Assembly: GCA_964530795.1 (NCBI GenBank) | Contig: CAZHBX010000007.1 | Location: 95 to 64,094 of the forward strand | DNA from: an uncultured Ruminococcus sp. | GTDB lineage: Bacteria; Bacillota; Clostridia; Oscillospirales; CAG-382 | Reading direction: 5' to 3' | Length of the DNA: 64,000 bases | Part shown: positions 55,378 through 64,000 of the stretch, one piece after another | Numbering within the stretch: position 1 is the stretch's first letter | Layout: the number at the start of each line of letters is the position of its first letter | Translations under genes and position numbers: made by a program | The notes under the pieces: generated by a model | Seen by the model: only the letters and a program-made list of their open reading frames with translations | Database searches by the model: none | Told to the model about the DNA's origin: nothing

Positions 55378-56937
55378 ATGGATGACCCTAAGGGAATCAC
55401 GCTTGTCGTCGGCATCGCCGCGGCAGTGATATTTTTCATCATCGGATGCTTCATCGGGTACATCGGACGCAAGCGCTCCGCGGAGAAAGCGATCGGATCC
55501 GCCGAGGCGGAATCCAACCGCTTGTTAGAGGAGGGAAAGAAGGAAGCCGAGGCCGCCAAGAAGGAAATCCTCGTGGAGGCCAAGGACGAGGCGATTCGAA
55601 TTCGCAATGAGGCGGAACGGGAAGCGAAGGATCGCCGCGTCGAAGTGCAGCGGCAGGAGCATCGGGTTTCCCAGAAGGAGGAAAACCTTGATAAGAAGTT
55701 GGAAAATCTGGAGCGCAAGGAGGAGCAGCTCAATCGCAAACTGAAGGATGTCGAAGCGGAACGCGAAAAAATTGCCAAGAGTCTCGCCGAGCAGGGCGAA
55801 CTGCTCCAACAGATCGCCCAGATGACGATGGAGGAAGCGCGGGACGTGCTCATGGATCGCGTCGAGACGGAGGCCCGCCACGATATGGCGATGCGGCTGT
55901 CCGCGCTGGAACAGGAATACAAGGATTCCGCCGAGGAAAAGGCGAAAAATATCATCACGCTGGCGATCCAGCGCTACGCGGCGGACAGCGTCTCCGAGCA
56001 GACGGTATCCGTGGTGGACCTGCCCAACGACGAGATGAAGGGCCGCATCATCGGCCGTGAAGGGCGCAACATCCGCGCTATCGAGACGCTGACCGGGGTG
56101 GACCTGATCATCGACGACACGCCGGAGGCGATCGCAATCTCCACGTTCGACCCGGTTCGCCGGGAGGTCGCGCGGCTGGCGCTGGAGAAGCTGGTGTCCG
56201 ACGGGAGAATCCATCCGTCCCGCGTGGAGGACATCGTGGAGAAGTGCCGTAAGGAAGTGGACTTGGCGATTCGCAAGGCCGGCGAACAGGCGACTTTTGA
56301 AACCGGCGTTCACGGCCTGCACCCGGAACTCATGAAACTGCTGGGTCGGCTGAAATACCGCACGAGCTACGGGCAGAACGTCCTGCGGCATTCCATCGAG
56401 GTTTCGCTGATCTCCGGCATGATTGCCTCGGAGCTTGGCGTGGACGTTGCGATGGCGAAGCGCGCGGGGCTGCTGCATGACATCGGCAAGGCCATGACCC
56501 ACGAGGTGGACGGTTCGCACGTGCAGATCGGCGTGGACGTCGCCAGAAAATACAAGGAGTCGAAGGAGGTCATTCACGCGATCGAGGCGCATCACGGCGA
56601 CGTGGAGCCGCATACGTATATTGCGATGATCGTACAGGCGGCGGACGCGATCTCGGCGGCCCGTCCCGGCGCGCGACGCGAGAACCTCGAAAACTACATC
56701 AAGCGTCTGCAAAAGCTTGAAGAGATTGCCAATTCCTTTAAGGGTATCGAAAAAGCGTTCGCGATCCAGGCGGGCCGCGAGATCCGCATCATGGTCAAAC
56801 CGGACGAGGTTTCGGACGACGAAATGATTTTCCTCGCCCGCGACATCGCGCGGAAGGTGGAAGCGGAACTGGAGTATCCGGGGCAGATCAAGATCAACGT
56901 CGTGCGGGAAACCCGCCAGAGCGAGTACGCGAAGTAA
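55378..56937 (+). CDS. rny: Ribonuclease Y
   Basis: N-terminal TM helix, coiled coil, KH domain ([12 protein letters not shown]), HD domain (LLHDIGK). Confidence 0.97.
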   Translation: MDDPKGITLVVGIAAAVIFFIIGCFIGYIGRKRSAEKAIGSAEAESNRLLEEGKKEAEAAKKEILVEAKDEAIRIRNEAEREAKDRRVEVQRQEHRVSQKEENLDKKLENLERKEEQLNRKLKDVEAEREKIAKSLAEQGELLQQIAQMTMEEARDVLMDRVETEARHDMAMRLSALEQEYKDSAEEKAKNIITLAIQRYAADSVSEQTVSVVDLPNDEMKGRIIGREGRNIRAIETLTGVDLIIDDTPEAIAISTFDPVRREVARLALEKLVSDGRIHPSRVEDIVEKCRKEVDLAIRKAGEQATFETGVHGLHPELMKLLGRLKYRTSYGQNVLRHSIEVSLISGMIASELGVDVAMAKRAGLLHDIGKAMTHEVDGSHVQIGVDVARKYKESKEVIHAIEAHHGDVEPHTYIAMIVQAADAISAARPGARRENLENYIKRLQKLEEIANSFKGIEKAFAIQAGREIRIMVKPDEVSDDEMIFLARDIARKVEAELEYPGQIKINVVRETRQSEYAK

Positions 56938-56970
56938 CGGCGGGGCGCTTCTGCCGACAGGAGGGATGCA

Positions 56971-57747
56971 TTGAAAATACTGGCTATCGGCGATGTGTTC
57001 GGGAAGGCCGGCGTGGCGTGTGCCGCGGAGAAACTGCGTGCGGTCCGCGCCCGGGAGGGGGCGGATCTGACGATCGTCAACGCGGAGAACTGCGCTCCCG
57101 GCAACGGGATGGACTACCGCGGAGCGAAGGCTTTGCTCGACGCCGGCGCGGATGTGCTGACCGGCGGCAATCACAGTCTGCGGCAGAGCAGTGCTTTTCA
57201 GCTGATGGAGGAGCACCCGGCGGTGCTGCGTCCGCTGAACTTTCCGGACGCCGCCCCGGGGAAGGGCTGGTGTATCCTGCCCTCGCCGCAGGGGCTTCGC
57301 ATCCTCGTGCTCAACGCCCAGGGGCAGCTTTTTCTGGACGCGACGATCGACAATCCGTTTAACGCGGTGGAGCGGCTGCTGGAAAAGCTCAAGGGGCAAT
57401 ACGATTTCGCGGTCTGCGACTTCCACGCGGAGGCGACCAGCGAAAAAGCGGCGTTTGCCGCCTGCTTTGACGGACGGCTCTCCGCGATCTGGGGGACGCA
57501 TACCCATGTGCAGACGGCGGACGAACGGATTTTGTCGGGCGGGACGGGGTTCATCAGCGACCTCGGCATGACCGGGGTGGAGGATTCCATCATCGGCACC
57601 CGCGCCGAGCAGGTCGTTCGGTATTACTGCACGCATGTGCGCACTCGGTACGAGGCGGCGGAGGGCAAAACGTTGCTTTGCGGAGCGGTTTTCGAGATTT
57701 CGCCGGACGGCGGGAGGTGCCTGTCGGTACGGCGGATCCGGGAATAA
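56971..57747 (+). CDS. ymdB: YmdB-like metallophosphoesterase
   Basis: IGDV.G..G, NAEN, GNH, DFHAEATSEK and GTHTHV; follows rny. Confidence 0.92.
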   Translation: MKILAIGDVFGKAGVACAAEKLRAVRAREGADLTIVNAENCAPGNGMDYRGAKALLDAGADVLTGGNHSLRQSSAFQLMEEHPAVLRPLNFPDAAPGKGWCILPSPQGLRILVLNAQGQLFLDATIDNPFNAVERLLEKLKGQYDFAVCDFHAEATSEKAAFAACFDGRLSAIWGTHTHVQTADERILSGGTGFISDLGMTGVEDSIIGTRAEQVVRYYCTHVRTRYEAAEGKTLLCGAVFEISPDGGRCLSVRRIRE

Positions 57748-57780
57748 AGAAACAAGACAAACAAGGAAAGGGTTTATTTC

Positions 57781-58191
57781 ATGAGAAACGTATTCTCCCT
57801 GTTTTGGGCGTTGGAGGATGGCGCGGAGGCGGCGGACCGGTCGACTGCCGGCTATGGACAGTTCATCGGCATGATCGGTATGATCGTCGTGCTGGTGGTG
57901 GTGTTCTACTTCTTCCTCTACCGCCCGCAGAAGAAGCAGGAACGCGAAACGACGGAAATGCGCAACTCCATCGAGCTTGGCGACGTGATTTCCACGGTCG
58001 GTGGGATTATCGGTGTGGTTGTGCGCATCAAGGACGATATGCTGCTGATTGAGACCGGCGCGGACCGCACGCGGCTGCAAATCATGCGCTGGGCGGTGCG
58101 CGGCGTCGAGGAAAAGGCGCATCCGACGGCGGAAACCGCTTCCGTGGAGAAGTCCGCGGAGAAATCCGAAAAACCGAAACTGAAGAAATAA
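57781..58191 (+). CDS. yajC: Preprotein translocase subunit YajC
   Basis: FYFFLYRPQKK and GD.I.T.GGI.G motifs. Confidence 0.92.
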   Translation: MRNVFSLFWALEDGAEAADRSTAGYGQFIGMIGMIVVLVVVFYFFLYRPQKKQERETTEMRNSIELGDVISTVGGIIGVVVRIKDDMLLIETGADRTRLQIMRWAVRGVEEKAHPTAETASVEKSAEKSEKPKLKK

Positions 58192-58288
58192 GGTGCAGCC
58201 GAAGGCAGGCATACAGGGAATCGCACGGGAAAAGCATTCTTTGTATGTTTTCTGCTTCTCGGGTCGAAAATCCAAAAGGAGATTTGCG

Positions 58289-59515
58289 ATGAAGAAGACC
58301 ATGCAGAGGAAATATGCTCGGCTGCTCGTGCGGGTGGGTGTAAATGTGCAAAAGGGGCAAACGCTCATCGTCCGTGCCCAGACGGAGAACTACCCGTTCG
58401 TGGAGCTGCTCGCAGACGAAGCGTACAAAGCGGGTGCGGGAGACGTGCAGGTTGAATGGAGCAGCCAGACCCTCAACCGGCTCAATTACCGCCACCGTAC
58501 CCTGACGGCTCTTTCGCAGGTGCATCCATGGCAGGTGGAGAAGTGTAAGGAGGAGGTCGAGACCCTGCCTGCCGCCATCCGGCTGTATTCGGAGGATCCG
58601 GACGGTCTGCGGGGTATCGATCAGGAGAAACTTCAGAAGGTCCGCCAGAGGCGCTACCAGATCCTGCGGCCCTATCAGGAGCAGATGGAAAACAAGTACC
58701 AATGGCTGGTCGCGGCGGTGCCGGGCAAGGCATGGGCGAAGAAGATGTTTCCGGGCGAGCGGACGTCAACGGCGGTCGACAAGCTGTGGGAAGCGATCTT
58801 CGAAACCTGCCTCGTGACCGAAGACAACGATCCGATCGCCGCGTGGAACGAAAAGAACCGGGCGATGGCGGAGAAGTGCCGGGTGCTCAACGGGTACCGG
58901 TTCGACTATCTTGCGTACCACAACGGACTCGGAACGGATTTTCGATGCCATCTGATGCCCGGCTCGCTCTGGTGCGCCGGCGGCGAGGAGACGCTTGGCG
59001 GGGTGTATTTTAACCCGAATCTGCCGACGGAGGAAGTCTTCACCACGCCGTGGAAGGGCAAGTGTGAGGGGCGTTTGGTCGCGTCCAAGCCGCTCTCCTA
59101 CCAGGGGGTGCTGATCGAGGACTTCTATATCGATTACAAGGATGGCAAGGCGGTTTCGTGGGACGCGCGGGTCGGTAAAGAAGCGCTCGACGGGATTCTG
59201 CGATCCGACGAAGGGTCGCTGATGCTCGGGGAGCTGGCGCTCGTGCCGGTTAATTCTCCGATCAGCCGGCAGGGACTGCTGTACTACTGCACGCTGTTCG
59301 ATGAAAACGCGAGCTGCCATGTTGCTATCGGGCGGGGATACACCAACTGCGTCGAAGGATTTGAAAACCTGACGCGGGAGCAGCTGAGCGAGATGGGGGT
59401 CAACGATTCGCAGGTGCATGTGGACTTCATGGTCGGCACGCCGGATCTGACGGTCACCGGCTGGAAGGACGGCAAGGCGACCCCGATTTTCGTTAATGGC
59501 GACTGGGCAATTTGA
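58289..59515 (+). CDS. Aminopeptidase (M29, AmpS/PepS family)
   Basis: KYA.L.V..GVN.Q.GQ, N.PTEEVFT, LGE.ALV, FDENASCH and HVDFM motifs. Confidence 0.93.
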   Translation: MKKTMQRKYARLLVRVGVNVQKGQTLIVRAQTENYPFVELLADEAYKAGAGDVQVEWSSQTLNRLNYRHRTLTALSQVHPWQVEKCKEEVETLPAAIRLYSEDPDGLRGIDQEKLQKVRQRRYQILRPYQEQMENKYQWLVAAVPGKAWAKKMFPGERTSTAVDKLWEAIFETCLVTEDNDPIAAWNEKNRAMAEKCRVLNGYRFDYLAYHNGLGTDFRCHLMPGSLWCAGGEETLGGVYFNPNLPTEEVFTTPWKGKCEGRLVASKPLSYQGVLIEDFYIDYKDGKAVSWDARVGKEALDGILRSDEGSLMLGELALVPVNSPISRQGLLYYCTLFDENASCHVAIGRGYTNCVEGFENLTREQLSEMGVNDSQVHVDFMVGTPDLTVTGWKDGKATPIFVNGDWAI

Positions 59516-59531
59516 GAGAGGAGGGATAAAG

Positions 59532-59918
59532 ATGGAGAAATTGCGGGAGGACCTGCGGGAGTTGACGGACGCGGCGTCCGTGTTGCTCGACGATCGGCTG
59601 TACACGTTTGAGAGCTATCGCTCGCTGGTGCAGGCGGTGGCGTACGCGAAGGTGGCGCTCGCGAAGGAGGACGCTGAAGAGGAGACTTTGCAGGGCGCTT
59701 ATACCGGGCTGTGTGAGGCGGTCGACGCGATGGAAGTGCGAGAGGATTCCCCGGAAGAAAAGCAGGAGAACCGCTCCGGATCGAACAACGGACAGGATAC
59801 ACTTCGCAAGGCGCTGCCGTTCCTGCTCGGCGGGGCGGTGATCGGCGGGCTTTGGCTCGGGAAAAAGCTGTTCGGCCGGAAGAAATCGGGCCGTTCGGAA
59901 GGAAAGCAGGAGGGCTAA
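59532..59918 (+). CDS. Small protein with a FIVAR-like helical domain and C-terminal TM anchor
   Basis: YT.ES...L..A...A pattern, hydrophobic C-terminal helix and basic tail. Confidence 0.5.
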   Translation: MEKLREDLRELTDAASVLLDDRLYTFESYRSLVQAVAYAKVALAKEDAEEETLQGAYTGLCEAVDAMEVREDSPEEKQENRSGSNNGQDTLRKALPFLLGGAVIGGLWLGKKLFGRKKSGRSEGKQEG

Positions 59919-59921
59919 GCG

Positions 59922-60731
59922 ATGAAAATTGGGTTACAGCTGTTCTCCGTCCGCATGGACGCGGAGCGGAACCTCGCCGGGACGCTGCGGGAAGTCGCCG
60001 AAATGGGCTACGATGGCGTGGAGTTGGCGGGACTGTACGGAAAGCCCGCCGAGGAAGTGCGGGAGCTCGCGAAGGCGGCGGGGCTGGAGATCATTTCCGC
60101 TCACGTCGGGCTTGCCGAATTCCGGCGCGATCTGCCGGGGACCGTCGCGACATATCGTTCAATCGGCTGTCGGTACGTCGCTGTGCCGTATCTGATGCCG
60201 GAGGACCGCCCGAACGGGGAACACTTCGCGCAGACGATGGCGGACATCGCCGCCATCGCGGCGGAATGCGAAAAGCAGGGGCTGACCCTGCTCTACCATA
60301 ACCATGATTTTGAATTCGTTCGTCTGCCGGACGGCCGCACGGCGCTGGAAGCGCTGTACGCCTGCGCACCGGCGACGCAGTTGCAGACCGAACTCGACGT
60401 CTGCTGGGCGAGCCTGGTCGGGGAGGATCCGGCGGCGCTGCTGCGGAAACAGGTCGGCCGTGCGCCGCTGGTACACCTGAAGGATTCGATTGGCGACCGT
60501 CCCGCTGACTACTATGAGAAGATCGGCCTTGCGCACCGCCCCGCGCCGAACGCGGAGCCATTCGCCTTTTGTCCGGTCGGGAGCGGCAACGTGAACATTC
60601 CGGCGGTGGTGGAGGCGGCGAAGGAGGCCGGGGCCTCGTGGGTCATCGTCGAGCAGGACGAACCCGCCGCGGGGCAGACCGCCCTCGGATCGGCCCGCCA
60701 GTCCGCGGAATACGTAAGGAAATTGCTGTAA
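59922..60731 (+). CDS. Sugar phosphate isomerase/epimerase (xylose isomerase-like TIM barrel)
   Basis: IGLQLFSVR, GYDGVE, YHNH..EF, ELD..W, HLKD and VEQD motifs. Confidence 0.9.
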   Translation: MKIGLQLFSVRMDAERNLAGTLREVAEMGYDGVELAGLYGKPAEEVRELAKAAGLEIISAHVGLAEFRRDLPGTVATYRSIGCRYVAVPYLMPEDRPNGEHFAQTMADIAAIAAECEKQGLTLLYHNHDFEFVRLPDGRTALEALYACAPATQLQTELDVCWASLVGEDPAALLRKQVGRAPLVHLKDSIGDRPADYYEKIGLAHRPAPNAEPFAFCPVGSGNVNIPAVVEAAKEAGASWVIVEQDEPAAGQTALGSARQSAEYVRKLL

Positions 60732-60741
60732 AACGAGGCAA

Positions 60742-60999
60742 TTGCAATTTGACAACGGCACGGCGATTAAGTTCGGGTTGAAAGTGTAGTACGATCGCAA
60801 GCTGCGCGGGATGACGCAGGAGGCGTTCGCGGAGAGGGTCGGAATCTCGCGGTCGCGCCTCGCCAAGATTGAAGGCCCCACCCGGGCTTTCGGCGTTTCA
60901 ATGGAAACGCCGTTTTCGATTGCCCGCGCCCTTGACGTCTTGGTTTCCACTTGTTCGAGGCGTAAAGAGCCGCCTGTGGGACCGTATGGACGGTCGTAA
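60742..60999 (+). pseudogene. XRE-family HTH regulator interrupted by an in-frame TAG
   Basis: FGLKV*YDRKLRGMTQEAFAERVGISRSRLAKIE; TAG at 60787-60789. Confidence 0.65.
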
Positions 61000-61012
61000 G
61001 CGGTTTTAAATG

Positions 61013-61040
61013 AAAAAGACGGCGCGCGTCCGTCTTTTTT
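61013..61040. terminator. Bidirectional terminator
   Basis: AAAAAGACGG...CCGTCTTTTT. Confidence 0.75.
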
Positions 61041-61044
61041 ATTT

Positions 61045-62139
61045 TTATGTTCCTTTTTCGGTGTTCTTCTCCCGCTTTCTCCGACGGATGGACGCGGTGA
61101 ACGCCGAGAACAGTACCAGCAGCCCACATAGGATTAGACAAATATAGAACGAAATTCCCCGCGAAAGCAGCTCGACACAGGTCGTGTCCGGAATCAGGCG
61201 GTCGAACCCGTCGAGGAACAGTCCGTCCGACACCCCGACCGCGCCCGGAATCGGTATCGCGTTTGAACCGAGTACGACGAATCCCTGCGTGACCAGCACC
61301 TCCCGCGAAAGCAGCGCGCTTCCGCCGGTTGCGAGGAAAACGCAGAGCGTTACCCCGATGTTGCAGAAGCGCTGTAGCAGATTCAGCAGGAACACCCGCA
61401 GCACGACCAGCTTGCCCTTGCGGAACGCCCCGATGCAAACCCGGTACTCCTCCGCCATGCGGTGCAGGGATTCCCGCTTGGTTTCTACGTTCTTCAACAG
61501 ATGCAGGCGGTGCAGCAGGGAAAGCCCGAAATCGGCGATGCGCAGGATGATTTTCTCCCGCAGAATCAGCAGCAAAAGCCCGACGACGAGCAGGGTCTGG
61601 ATCAGTCCGCCGAGCAGGATGAGGATCCGGCTGGGCAGGGAGAACGAAAAGAACGCACGCGGGCAGAAAAGGAAGCAGAGCGCCCCGACGACGAGCAGGG
61701 AAACCGTATAGAGCATGACGTTGAGCAGCAAGGACATGGTCGTGACTGCGCCGGGAATCTTGTCCCGCAGCATGAGCACCGCGCTCGCCGGCTGTCCGCC
61801 GGTCGCGGACGGGGTGATGGCGGAAAAATAGATGTCGGCGGCGGAATAGACCGTGTTGCGCCAGAGAGAGCGCCGGTAACCGAGGAAGGCGCACAAATGC
61901 CGCAGGCTAAGCGCTTCGAACAGCACGAACCCCAGCATACACAGGAAGGCGCAGGCGATCCAGAACGGGGAAGCCCCGCGGAGCATCCCGGCCAGACGTT
62001 CCGGGGAGAAATCGTCGGAATGGCGGATGATCGCGTAGAATGTCAGCCCCGCCAGCAGTAGGAAAATTAGGAACCATAGCACCCGATGGGAGTTTTTTTG
62101 CTTATCACGGAGGGGCTGCGGCGGATTCTCTTGTTTCAT
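61045..62139 (-). CDS. Lysylphosphatidylglycerol synthase TM/flippase-like protein (UPF0104)
   Basis: SAITPSATGGQP, PIPGAVGVSD and SRGISFY motifs; many TM helices. Confidence 0.85.
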   Translation of the reverse strand: MKQENPPQPLRDKQKNSHRVLWFLIFLLLAGLTFYAIIRHSDDFSPERLAGMLRGASPFWIACAFLCMLGFVLFEALSLRHLCAFLGYRRSLWRNTVYSAADIYFSAITPSATGGQPASAVLMLRDKIPGAVTTMSLLLNVMLYTVSLLVVGALCFLFCPRAFFSFSLPSRILILLGGLIQTLLVVGLLLLILREKIILRIADFGLSLLHRLHLLKNVETKRESLHRMAEEYRVCIGAFRKGKLVVLRVFLLNLLQRFCNIGVTLCVFLATGGSALLSREVLVTQGFVVLGSNAIPIPGAVGVSDGLFLDGFDRLIPDTTCVELLSRGISFYICLILCGLLVLFSAFTASIRRRKREKNTEKGT

Positions 62140-62176
62140 CGGCTGCACTTCCTTTCCGTTTGGAATTTTCATACCA

Positions 62177-62866
62177 TTAGGACGTAGAACGGTTCCGGCG
62201 GAACAGGCGCTCCAGCGCCGGGTAGATGCGCCCCGCCTTGAGGACGCGCGCGAGGAGCATTCCCGCTTCCGCGACGGCGACGCCGCCGATTACGTCCAGA
62301 ATGACATGCTGCTTGACGAGCAGGGTCGAGAGGAACACCGCGAACGTGCAGAACGTGAACGTCACGCGCCAGAACACCGGGTGACGCAGCCTGCGGCAGC
62401 GGAAAGACGCCCGCAGGACTACCCAGCTTTCCATGCAATGGATGGACGGAAAGAGGTTATCCGGCGGGTCGATGGCGTAGATCAATTGGGTGAGCCGGTC
62501 GAACAGCGAATGCGCTTCGAAGCCGTCCGGGCGGGAAGCCATGTACGTCGGGAGCAGCAGAAAAAAGACCAGACAGATCAGCTTTCCAATCAGTTCGCCG
62601 GAGAACAGCTCGTAGCAGAGCGCCTTCTCCTCCCGGGCGATGAACAGAAATCCGACAATCCAGAACAGGTAGGAGCCGATATAAAAAACGATCGCCCAGC
62701 TTTCAAACGGGATGAGGTCGTCGATCGGCAGGGATAGGTCGTAATGCTTCCAGCCGGAGGTAATGACGCGGTTGCCGAAATACACCAGGATGTTGAACAG
62801 CACACTGCAAAGGATCGGCAATACGCTGTACAGCGGCAGGAAACGCAGGATATATTTGTCCTCCAT
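62177..62866 (-). CDS. PAP2-family membrane phosphatase/phosphotransferase
   Basis: IDDLIPF, D.P.NLFPSIH and STL.VKQH..LD motifs. Confidence 0.85.
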   Translation of the reverse strand: MEDKYILRFLPLYSVLPILCSVLFNILVYFGNRVITSGWKHYDLSLPIDDLIPFESWAIVFYIGSYLFWIVGFLFIAREEKALCYELFSGELIGKLICLVFFLLLPTYMASRPDGFEAHSLFDRLTQLIYAIDPPDNLFPSIHCMESWVVLRASFRCRRLRHPVFWRVTFTFCTFAVFLSTLLVKQHVILDVIGGVAVAEAGMLLARVLKAGRIYPALERLFRRNRSTS

Positions 62867-62913
62867 GCGAAGGCAATCCTTCCTTCCTGAACAGAAACAA
62901 AAATACCGAGTGT

Positions 62914-62942
62914 AGTATAGCAAATTTTACCCGGCTTGTCAA
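62914..62942 (-). promoter_or_regulatory. Sigma-A promoter of the PAP2-UPF0104 pair
   Basis: TTGACA-17-TATACT with TG extended -10. Confidence 0.8.
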
Positions 62943-63650
62943 GACGGAAGCGAAAAAAGGAGTCGGCCGTTCAGCAGGAAGAACCCGATTCCGACCGTGA
63001 AGGCCCGGGCGAAAGAGTTCTGACACGCTTCCTTCTGCAGGTTGGCTCCGTCCGTCGGGTTGGTCGTGTAGCCGGATTCAATGAGGACGGAGGGTATGTC
63101 CGGGGATTTGTTAACCGCGAACGCTTCCTCCAGTCCCACGCGGTCAGACGCTGGGCGGTCTGCGGGAAGAATTTTGCGAATCCCCGCCCGAGCGCGTCCG
63201 AAAGCGAAGCGGACGACTCGGCGGGTGTCCGTACAGCGGTAAAGTCCGAAGCCGGACGGGAAGGAATGCGGGCGTTACGCGGTTTGCAGACTGACACCGA
63301 AAACGGCCAGTGTCGCCGGGCCGCACAGCAGGGTCATCTCGCCGCTCTTGTCGGAAAATGTGAAGTAGGCGGTGTTTCCGACCATCCGGGAGGAAATAGC
63401 GGGATTCGTCCGCCATCCAAAACGCCTTGGTCGATCGGTGGACCTCCGTTCCGCTCATACCGATGCCCTCGTCGACGACCGCGAGCAGCAAGCTCCCGTC
63501 CTGTACGGTGTGTTAGAGCTGCTGCCCGTCCGCCGCCTGCAATAGACGGGTCTGCTCGGCGGTGGCCTGTGCCATGGCGTTGACGCTGACGGCCGGCGTA
63601 CGCAGTTGCTCGTCCTCCTAGGGAATCTGCTTTTCCTGCACGACACACAT
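62939..63650 (-). pseudogene. Decayed N-acetylmuramoyl-L-alanine amidase (Amidase_3)
   Basis: C-terminal fragment FAVNKSPDIPSVLIESGYTTNPTD..L matches the PSVLvE.Gf..N..D motif; upstream part broken by stops and frameshifts. Confidence 0.6.
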
Positions 63651-63815
63651 CTTTCGTCCGATTGGTTCTGCTCTTATGATACCATCTTTTCCAAAAATTG
63701 CAAGGGGAAAGCAGGGTTCCCAGTCCGCTTTTTTCTGGAACGTTCAGGGAATTTCTGCGAATTTTCGATTTTTATGACTTTTTGAATGAATTTTCGACTT
63801 TTTTTGAAATTTCTA

Positions 63816-63844
63816 TTGACAAAGAGAAAGCGGTACGTTAAAAT
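63816..63844 (+). promoter_or_regulatory. Sigma-A promoter
   Basis: TTGACA-17-TAAAAT. Confidence 0.75.
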
Positions 63845-63896
63845 TATATCGTGATCAGCTGCCATGCATATTTCTTGGAAGAGAAGGAAATTCGAA

Positions 63897-64000
63897 ATGG
63901 AAGATCCAAAGGGTGGAAAGGGTCAGGTGATAGCCGGTTTTGTCCTCGGTATCGTCGGTATCGTGTTTTTGCTTTCGTTCCAGGGTACGTGGCTCTCAAT
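63897..64000 (+). CDS. 5' part of a membrane protein (DUF4190-like), truncated by the window end
   Basis: MEDPKGGKGQVIAGFVLGIVGIVF...; GAAGGA RBS. Confidence 0.6.
   Translation, partial: MEDPKGGKGQVIAGFVLGIVGIVFLLSFQGTWLS

Noticed and set aside
55525-58368. 947-aa antisense ORF across rny-ymdB-yajC
   Set aside because: Mirrors in-register sense genes in GC-rich DNA and has no recognisable domain.
60787-60789. Stop-codon reassignment (TAG read-through)
   Set aside because: No conserved gene in the window needs an internal stop; TAG interrupts only decayed fragments.

Overview
A 64-kb, high-GC stretch of core chromosome from a spore-forming Clostridia-type (Bacillota) bacterium, as shown by spoIIID, the CIRCE/hrcA-grpE-dnaK-dnaJ operon, rplS-lepB-rbgA-rnhB-yraN, rny-ymdB and ECF-truA. 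It holds two tRNAs (Tyr, Thr), about 60 CDSs and many clear sigma-A promoters and terminators. I see no transposase, integrase, phage gene, CRISPR array or rRNA. The most notable signal is a set of full-length, uninterrupted ORFs that have lost their catalytic motifs. One is an 867-aa P-type ATPase homologue lacking DKTGT, TGES, PEGL and GDGxND but keeping KGAPE. The other two, a PfkB-like and an MgsA-like protein, flank spoIIID/minD. There is also an uncharacterised GldAFG-like ABC operon with an 889-aa mosaic membrane protein. Smaller signals are a 150-bp TA-flanked fold-back element, a palindrome cluster, tandem duplications at a tRNA 5' end and at the pgsA start, a candidate uORF attenuator, and several decayed gene remnants. 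All family calls come from motif recognition by eye; no database searches were run.
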